Of a stretch of DNA of 64,000 bases, positions 57,777-64,000 are shown piece after piece. Source of the stretch: Nitrospinaceae bacterium (GTDB taxonomy: Bacteria > Nitrospinota > Nitrospinia > Nitrospinales > Nitrospinaceae); NCBI GenBank assembly GCA_965237905.1, contig OZ250172.1:1280001-1344000 (forward strand), written 5' to 3'. The notes below the pieces were generated by a model. The model saw only the letters and a program-made list of their open reading frames with translations. It made no database searches and had not been told where the DNA came from. Numbering within the stretch: the stretch's first letter is position 1; each line of letters starts with the position of its first letter. The translations under genes were made by a program, and so were the position numbers.

Positions 57777-60700
57777 ATGCCAATGAATGCACCAAAGTCT
57801 CCAGGAACAAATAAAGAATCTGCCCCGCAAACAGATAGTACCATTCTTGATAAGGAGCGTTACCTGGTCTGTGAAGGTCGTGTTCATTTGACCGGTATTC
57901 AGGCCCTGGTCAGGCTGCCCCTGGACAACCTTCGGCTTCTAAAAAAAATCTTTCCCGGCAAACGATTTGCCTACTTCATCTCCGGTTATGAAGGCAGTCC
58001 TTTAGGCGGACTGGACATCAATCTAAGAAAAATTTATCCCATTCTTAAGGAATGGAACATCATCCATGTGCCAGGAGGCAATGAAGAAGCCGCGGCCAAT
58101 ATGATGTGGGGAAGCCAACTGCACCGGCTGTTTGGCCCATCCAAGGTCGACGGTATCATTGGGGCCTGGTATGGAAAAGGCCCGGGGGTTCGTCGAATTG
58201 CTGATGTCCAGGATCACCTTCAGATGGCCGGACTCGATAAATTATGTGCCGCCTATTTCATGAGTGGCGACGATCATGCCAGCAAAAGCAGTACCACCCC
58301 GCATCAAACCGACCTCGTGCATTTTGCCAATCATGTCCCGACCGCGTATCCCGGCAGCATCCGGGAAATTCTGGAAATAGGGAAAAAAATTACTCTGGCT
58401 TCGATGATCTCCGGCCTCAGCATTAATTTAAAAGCGGAAACTCATATTTGCGACGGGTCCCAGGAATTTATTTTGGATCCCGAAGAGGACCGCGATCTCG
58501 CCGAAAAGTTTCACCAATTCATGAAAGAGCATCAGGACTACACGCGGTTGTTCAGCCCCGTCTTGTTGAGGCCCAAGGTGCTTGAAAACGAAAAAGAACT
58601 TTTATATTCAAAAATTCCCATGATTCAGGAAATTTCCCGGGAATTCGGATTCGACACATGGAAAAATCGTAACCAGAAATCCGATTTCGGCATCGTAGCG
58701 ACCGGCAAAAGCTATTATGATCTCCTCGGCGCATTGCGACAGTTGAACATTTCGGAGAATGAGGTGGAAATTTATAAACCCATGATCACCTGGCCGCCGG
58801 ATATGATTTCCTTTAGGGAATTTGCCAAAGGGAAAAGGGAAATTATTGTGATCGAGGAGAAACGCGCATTTTACGAAAACCACATCAAACATGAAATGTT
58901 TAATGATACCCATCATCCGGTCATCCTCGGCAAGAAAGACGAGCAGGGAGAAGCTTTGTTCCGTCAAAATAATAATCTCGACACGGATATTCTATCCGAG
59001 GTTTTGGGAAAGAGGTTGGCCGCCAAGGATCAATTTAAAGACCGGGGGATCGACCGAATTCTGAAGAAGAAGAAACAACTGATCGAATTTTCTCTTCCAA
59101 TAAATATCAAAAGGCCTCCCGGTTATTGTTCGGGTTGCCAGCACCGAACCGCTTTGGAAATTGCCGGCCATCATAAATTAGAAGGGACCGTAGATTCCAT
59201 TGTTGTGGAAAATAAAGATTTAGACGGCCATCCTGTCCGCGTGGAAATTACGCCAAAGCACCTCCTGGGAATAGGGATCGGCTGTTCTACGATGTCCATC
59301 ATAGATACCCTGGCCAGCAACCGGGCCGTGGTAGTCGGCCCCATGGAAAGTGAGGGATTGCTTTGGATGGGTGCTTCTGCCTTCAGTTATCGCATGCATG
59401 CGGACCAGGGCTGTGGAGATGGAACCTATTTTCATTCGGCTCGCCTCAATATCAGTTTCATCCGGGATGCGATCCAGCATTTGAAACTTCATTACGATAT
59501 CGAGGATACCAACCAGACCCTTTTGTACGTGGACAACAGTGTGGTCGCCATGACCGGCGGCCAGCGCCCGGTGGGACAGGACGACCCGGAAACCGCCATC
59601 GCCAATATCCAAAGAGAAGGCATTAAAGATATTGCCCTGGTGGCGGAATACCCGGAGGAATTCATCCATCTTAAGAAAAAATATGGTATTGAAGTGCACC
59701 CGAAATCCGAAACGTTGCAGGTGAAAGAAGAGTTTTCCAAAAAGCCGGGCCTGAGCGTTATTTGGTATGTACAAAAATGCGCCATTGAAAAATCCCGGGA
59801 ACGAAGAAGAGATGTCGATCTGGCTCCCAAAACCCGGGTTCACGTCAACCCCGAAGTGTGTGAGGATTGCGGTGACTGCGGAGTGGAAGCCAAATGCGCG
59901 TCTGTCTGGAAAATGGATACGGAATTCGGTCCGAAAGTCAAAATCCATCAGTTCAGTTGTATTCAGGATTTCGCCTGCGCCCGGGGCGAATGCCCCTCCT
60001 ATGTTCGGGTCTATACGCAATCCGGCCAACCGTTGCAGAAGCCCGACTATTCAAAAATACATATTGGGGATGAGGAGCTGGAAGACCCCAAGAGAAATAT
60101 AGACCCGAATAAGGTATATGAGATATTTTCTATCGGTGTAGGGGGGTGGGGCCTGATGACCACTTATGAAATCCTTGCGCGGGCGGCAACCAAAGAAGGT
60201 AAGCATGTGGTCAAAGAAGATGATACCGGTCTGGCGCAAAAAGGAGGAGAGGTAAACACCAATTTAAAAATTTCCCATCAATACACCAGCTTAAACGAAG
60301 GATTTGATATCGAGGCCGGGGAAGCCGATCTTTATTTTTGCTCGGATTTGATCGGCGCAATCAACCCGGCCAATCTGGTAACCGCATCAAAGAAGAAAAC
60401 GGTCGCCATCGTCAACACTGAAAAAATTCCGACCATGCCCATGATTGTTGGAAAGGAAACTTATCCCGAACAAAAACCGCTGATTGATATCATCAATGAA
60501 CATACCATCAAGGAAAAGAATATCTTTGTCAATGCCACCGATATCGTTGAAAGGCTGTTCAAGGATTTCAAGCCCACCAACCTTTTCCTGGCTGGGCTTG
60601 CTTTTCAAAGTATAAAAGATTTTCCCATTGAGCATGCGAGCTCCATAGAGGAGGGCATCCAAGCCAACGGTGTGGATGTCGAAAGAAACACCCAGGCTTT

Positions 60701-61592
60701 TCGATACGGACGGTTGTATGCCATCAACCTCACAAAAGTATTGAACCTGGCCTATGCCAAACCTCATTCCAACGCAGATAGGATCGAGGGGTTCCGGCAG
60801 GATTTGGGGGTTCGCAATAAAAAACGGTTCAATTCACTTGTAGAAATCATCCCCTTTGATCCGCCTTATCAGATCAAATTCGCCCGTGAAATTTATGAAC
60901 TCATTAAATTTCAAAATGCTTCTTATGCCGAAGAATTTGTCCGGTGCGTGGAAAGGGTTTATAAACTGGAGCGATCTGACTTTCCCCGCCGGGATTTTCA
61001 ACTGACAAAAACTGTGGCCGATAATTTATTCAAGGTCATGGCTTATAAAGATGAGTATCGAGTGGCCGACCTGTTAACCCGTCCGGAAGAAATAAAAAGG
61101 ATCACTTCCCAGTACGAGAAAGGGGAAATCAAAAAGCTCAGGTTTCTGTTACGCCCTCCTTTGTTGGAGCATATTCCCTGTATAAAAAATCTCAAATATG
61201 TGAAGAATAAATTTGAAAAGGATGAAAAATGGGAATTTGCGGGTTGGATGCTTTCACTCCTGAAGCATTATAAATTTTTGCGGGGAACCTTTTTCAATGT
61301 TCTGGCATGGGGCAACCCAACCCGCAAACAGGAAATCGAAGCGATCCCCCAATACAAAGCGAGAGTTGAACAATTACTGGGCTCCCTCAATGAAGGGAAT
61401 TATGATCTCGCCTGTGAAGCCGCCTCCTATCCCAGCCTGGCAACCGGTTACGAAAAGTTGAAAAATAAACATGTCGAGCACGCGGAAACATTTTGGAACC
61501 GGAAACACACCGATTTCACTTCAGAGAATGGAAAAGCGCGCGGAAAAAAAGTCCCTTCCTCCAGTTTTTTGGAATCCCCCAATCCGTTTTAA
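57777..61592 (+). CDS. Single-chain indolepyruvate:ferredoxin oxidoreductase-family 2-oxoacid oxidoreductase
   Basis: LTGIQALVRLP, ISGYEGSPLGG, WYGKGPG, YCSGCQH, GDGTYFHS, AMTGGQ, CEDCGDC, TGLAQKGG, MAYKDEYRVA. Confidence 0.92.
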   Translation: MPMNAPKSPGTNKESAPQTDSTILDKERYLVCEGRVHLTGIQALVRLPLDNLRLLKKIFPGKRFAYFISGYEGSPLGGLDINLRKIYPILKEWNIIHVPGGNEEAAANMMWGSQLHRLFGPSKVDGIIGAWYGKGPGVRRIADVQDHLQMAGLDKLCAAYFMSGDDHASKSSTTPHQTDLVHFANHVPTAYPGSIREILEIGKKITLASMISGLSINLKAETHICDGSQEFILDPEEDRDLAEKFHQFMKEHQDYTRLFSPVLLRPKVLENEKELLYSKIPMIQEISREFGFDTWKNRNQKSDFGIVATGKSYYDLLGALRQLNISENEVEIYKPMITWPPDMISFREFAKGKREIIVIEEKRAFYENHIKHEMFNDTHHPVILGKKDEQGEALFRQNNNLDTDILSEVLGKRLAAKDQFKDRGIDRILKKKKQLIEFSLPINIKRPPGYCSGCQHRTALEIAGHHKLEGTVDSIVVENKDLDGHPVRVEITPKHLLGIGIGCSTMSIIDTLASNRAVVVGPMESEGLLWMGASAFSYRMHADQGCGDGTYFHSARLNISFIRDAIQHLKLHYDIEDTNQTLLYVDNSVVAMTGGQRPVGQDDPETAIANIQREGIKDIALVAEYPEEFIHLKKKYGIEVHPKSETLQVKEEFSKKPGLSVIWYVQKCAIEKSRERRRDVDLAPKTRVHVNPEVCEDCGDCGVEAKCASVWKMDTEFGPKVKIHQFSCIQDFACARGECPSYVRVYTQSGQPLQKPDYSKIHIGDEELEDPKRNIDPNKVYEIFSIGVGGWGLMTTYEILARAATKEGKHVVKEDDTGLAQKGGEVNTNLKISHQYTSLNEGFDIEAGEADLYFCSDLIGAINPANLVTASKKKTVAIVNTEKIPTMPMIVGKETYPEQKPLIDIINEHTIKEKNIFVNATDIVERLFKDFKPTNLFLAGLAFQSIKDFPIEHASSIEEGIQANGVDVERNTQAFRYGRLYAINLTKVLNLAYAKPHSNADRIEGFRQDLGVRNKKRFNSLVEIIPFDPPYQIKFAREIYELIKFQNASYAEEFVRCVERVYKLERSDFPRRDFQLTKTVADNLFKVMAYKDEYRVADLLTRPEEIKRITSQYEKGEIKKLRFLLRPPLLEHIPCIKNLKYVKNKFEKDEKWEFAGWMLSLLKHYKFLRGTFFNVLAWGNPTRKQEIEAIPQYKARVEQLLGSLNEGNYDLACEAASYPSLATGYEKLKNKHVEHAETFWNRKHTDFTSENGKARGKKVPSSSFLESPNPF

Positions 61593-61655
61593 CGGCCGAA
61601 AAATTGGCGCCGATTCCCATGAGGCGACTCTCCCTTCACCGGATGCAACGTCTTT

Positions 61656-62546
61656 TCAAAGCTCAACCACCGTTTCGTAGTGTCCTAAGTGCACTTCCAG
61701 GCCGTTCTCAAGACTCCGCGATTTTGGAACCGTAAAAGTCCCCTGTCGGGTCAGCTTCAACATACTTTTGAAATTACAGTATTTATCGTCTGGATAAACC
61801 GCGCTGGCTTTCCGAACCCGTTGTTTCATTTCCTCGCGATCATAAGATTTACTCGCCGCTCCCGTCTCATAGGTTTTTTCAGCTCCTACCGTCAGCGGGA
61901 TCAAACCCGGTTTTGCGTTTTGGTAGGTGTTGCAGTAAAAACCTCGCTTGAACAATCCGGATTGCACGGAATATTCAATCACCCGGCCCGCCGCACTCTC
62001 CGCCCCGTTACCAAAATTGGCCGGACAACAGATGATATCGGATTCCAGTTCCCGAAAATCGAACATCGGCAACACATATAAATCGGAGCAGATAAAAAAG
62101 AAAGCGGTGAAACTTTCTCCATTCACTCTCAGAGTCACTTTGTTGAGATAGGAATAGGACGCGACATTCATCTTTGGAAAAGATTCATCGAGGTGTCGCA
62201 TCTCAAAAGATTGAGGTGTGATTTTTGCCTGGGGAGAATAAATTCCGCCGTGTCGGGAAAAGATAAAAAGAGCATTATAATTTTCCTTTGGATCTGCAAA
62301 GGGCAGATCATGGCTCGGAAGGTTTAAGGTGGTGATAATGGACAACCCATGATCGCTGGCCATTTTGGAAAGTTCAGCAAGAGCTTTTTGGGAACCTTCA
62401 AGGGTATAGGCTGCGTACTCCGGGAAAATAAGAATTTCCCCTTTATGAGAAGATTTAATTTTATCCGAAATTTCATTCAGTTGATCCTCTTCAGGCGCCA
62501 TCCCAAAGGTTTTTACCTTGATATCCAACGGCATGTTGACCACCAA
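61656..62546 (-). CDS. Divergent carbon-nitrogen hydrolase (nitrilase superfamily) protein
   Basis: Putative E-K-C triad contexts IFPEY, YNA, QAKITP, FICSD. Confidence 0.6.
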   Translation of the reverse strand: MVVNMPLDIKVKTFGMAPEEDQLNEISDKIKSSHKGEILIFPEYAAYTLEGSQKALAELSKMASDHGLSIITTLNLPSHDLPFADPKENYNALFIFSRHGGIYSPQAKITPQSFEMRHLDESFPKMNVASYSYLNKVTLRVNGESFTAFFFICSDLYVLPMFDFRELESDIICCPANFGNGAESAAGRVIEYSVQSGLFKRGFYCNTYQNAKPGLIPLTVGAEKTYETGAASKSYDREEMKQRVRKASAVYPDDKYCNFKSMLKLTRQGTFTVPKSRSLENGLEVHLGHYETVVEL

Positions 62547-62575
62547 TCCATGAGCCAGACTTTAAAAAGTCCCGT

Positions 62576-63628
62576 TTATTTCCCAATGTAAATCGGAATC
62601 CTTTCAACAGGGTTTGAAGTCAGCACCGAATTCACTCCAACCCTTCGATCAAGAGTTTTCATTAGCCTGAAGCAGGATTGGGCCTCATGTTCACCCATCT
62701 CCTTGATGCGTCCCAAATCCTTCCAGCGGATATCGGAATATTGGTCAATCAATTCCATCACCGCCGCAACCGCCAACGGAGCCAAAGGCTTGCCGAGGCG
62801 GCCCAATTCATGATTGATAAAACTGCCGACATAATCTTCCCGCCCCTTGTCGTTACTCAAATCATTCGTTTGCAATTTACGGGAAACTTCTTTCTCCAAT
62901 TCCTGATACCTTCGGGCATCTGTTCTTTCAGAAATCATTTGATTCAACTTGTCACGGGAACACATTTCCTTATCCGCCGCATTGAAATCCAAAGGAGCGT
63001 CCTGTTGTGTGGCTATATTCAGTGCGTCTTCCAAGACGTTATCCCCCGAAACAATCTCGACCAGACCATAATCTTTCATTTCCTGGGCCGTGACCCGGTT
63101 TCCCGTTGCCGCCATGTATCGGGCATTTTCTTTATTGGAGCGAAGCATGACATTTAAAATCCCAGCCCAGCCGGGGATCAGTCCTATGTTTACCTCTGAA
63201 AATTGTATTGCCGTATCCGGCGTGCACACACTCAACTCCGTCATTAAAGGCCACTCAACAGATCCCCCGAAGCGTTCCCCCTGCATGATAGAAACGGTTG
63301 TCTTTTTTCTGGATATATTTTTAATTTTGAAATCGAGGGTGGCCCCAAGGTTCAGATAGTCCTGCACCGCAGATGGATCGATATCCCCCTGAAACAGAGC
63401 CAGGTCCGCTCCGGCATGCACCTTGCCCGAAGCCCCGGTAAAAACAATAAAAGACAAACTGCAATCTTCCTCGAGTTCATCCAGCGCGTGAAGAATCTCC
63501 TGCAATGCCTCCAGAGGCACAATATTCACTTTACTGTCAGGATTGATAAAACTCAGCAGAATTCCGCTTTGTCCGTTATGCTCTTTTGTGGAAACGGTTA
63601 CATATTTTCCAGAAATGATTTCGGGCAT
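62576..63628 (-). CDS. Enoyl-CoA hydratase/isomerase (crotonase) family
   Basis: AGADL, GGSVE, SEVNIGLIPGWAG. ATG 63628 preferred. Confidence 0.88.
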   Translation of the reverse strand: MPEIISGKYVTVSTKEHNGQSGILLSFINPDSKVNIVPLEALQEILHALDELEEDCSLSFIVFTGASGKVHAGADLALFQGDIDPSAVQDYLNLGATLDFKIKNISRKKTTVSIMQGERFGGSVEWPLMTELSVCTPDTAIQFSEVNIGLIPGWAGILNVMLRSNKENARYMAATGNRVTAQEMKDYGLVEIVSGDNVLEDALNIATQQDAPLDFNAADKEMCSRDKLNQMISERTDARRYQELEKEVSRKLQTNDLSNDKGREDYVGSFINHELGRLGKPLAPLAVAAVMELIDQYSDIRWKDLGRIKEMGEHEAQSCFRLMKTLDRRVGVNSVLTSNPVERIPIYIGK

Positions 63629-63629
63629 T

Positions 63630-64000
63630 CTACAACCCTTTCTTTCCCCTGTATTTTTGAACTTCCATATGGGCGATGGTGTTCTCCAGAACTTCCGGAA
63701 CGGCTTCTCCAAAATAATAAAGCCAACTGTCCAGGGAATGTTTCATGGCCGGGTTTTCTTTGATAATGGCGCTGGCGCCCCAAATCTTGACCAGGTGATC
63801 GCAGGCTTGTTGCGCGGCCAACGATGCCTTCAGCTTCGCCCCATTGGAAGCAATGACATAATCCCTTAACAACTCCCGGTTATCAGGATTCGCATCGAAT
63901 TGAGTTTTCAGCCAGGCGGCATGAAAGGTCATATCTCTGGCCGCATGGATCTCCATGGACATCTCCGCCACCCGTGCCCGGGTCCGGTCCAACTCGATCA
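63630..64000 (-). CDS. Acyl-CoA dehydrogenase, C-terminal part (gene runs off the window)
   Basis: VAEMSMEIHAARDMTFHAAW, AKL.AS, IWGA: ACAD C-terminal helical domain. Confidence 0.75.
   Translation of the reverse strand, partial: IELDRTRARVAEMSMEIHAARDMTFHAAWLKTQFDANPDNRELLRDYVIASNGAKLKASLAAQQACDHLVKIWGASAIIKENPAMKHSLDSWLYYFGEAVPEVLENTIAHMEVQKYRGKKGL

Overview
Bacterial chromosomal window. The gene content (several FGE-sulfatase-domain proteins, an NHL-repeat protein, multiheme cytochromes) suggests a Nitrospinota-like organism, but this is inference, not a database result. Bases 1-45.5 kb are mostly core genes: mreB, ferredoxins, a TlpA / FGE-CcdA thiol-redox pair, a hybrid histidine kinase, dapF-dapA-dapB, a B12 radical SAM enzyme, a frameshifted glgX, a four-gene c-type cytochrome cluster (24 CxxCH motifs), engB, amgK-like, lptG, ppx, ilvB, sspB and tRNA-His/Arg/Pro. 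After tRNA-Pro (45534) come a repeat-rich spacer with a D-arm-less tRNA-Leu relic and an island-like amino-acid/acyl-CoA catabolic block that runs off the window end: tryptophanase, a split IcmF-type mutase, the methylcitrate cycle, acyl-CoA dehydrogenases, thiolase, fused IOR, a nitrilase-like protein and a crotonase. Signals absent from the ORF track are (i) a three-hairpin unit at 7763-7937 with an 18-nt complement of the 16S rRNA 3' end in front of a 14-codon ORF, (ii) a multi-hairpin minus-strand sRNA candidate at 14961-15124, (iii) the tRNA-Leu relic before tnaA and (iv) probable +1 frameshifts in glgX and prpC.
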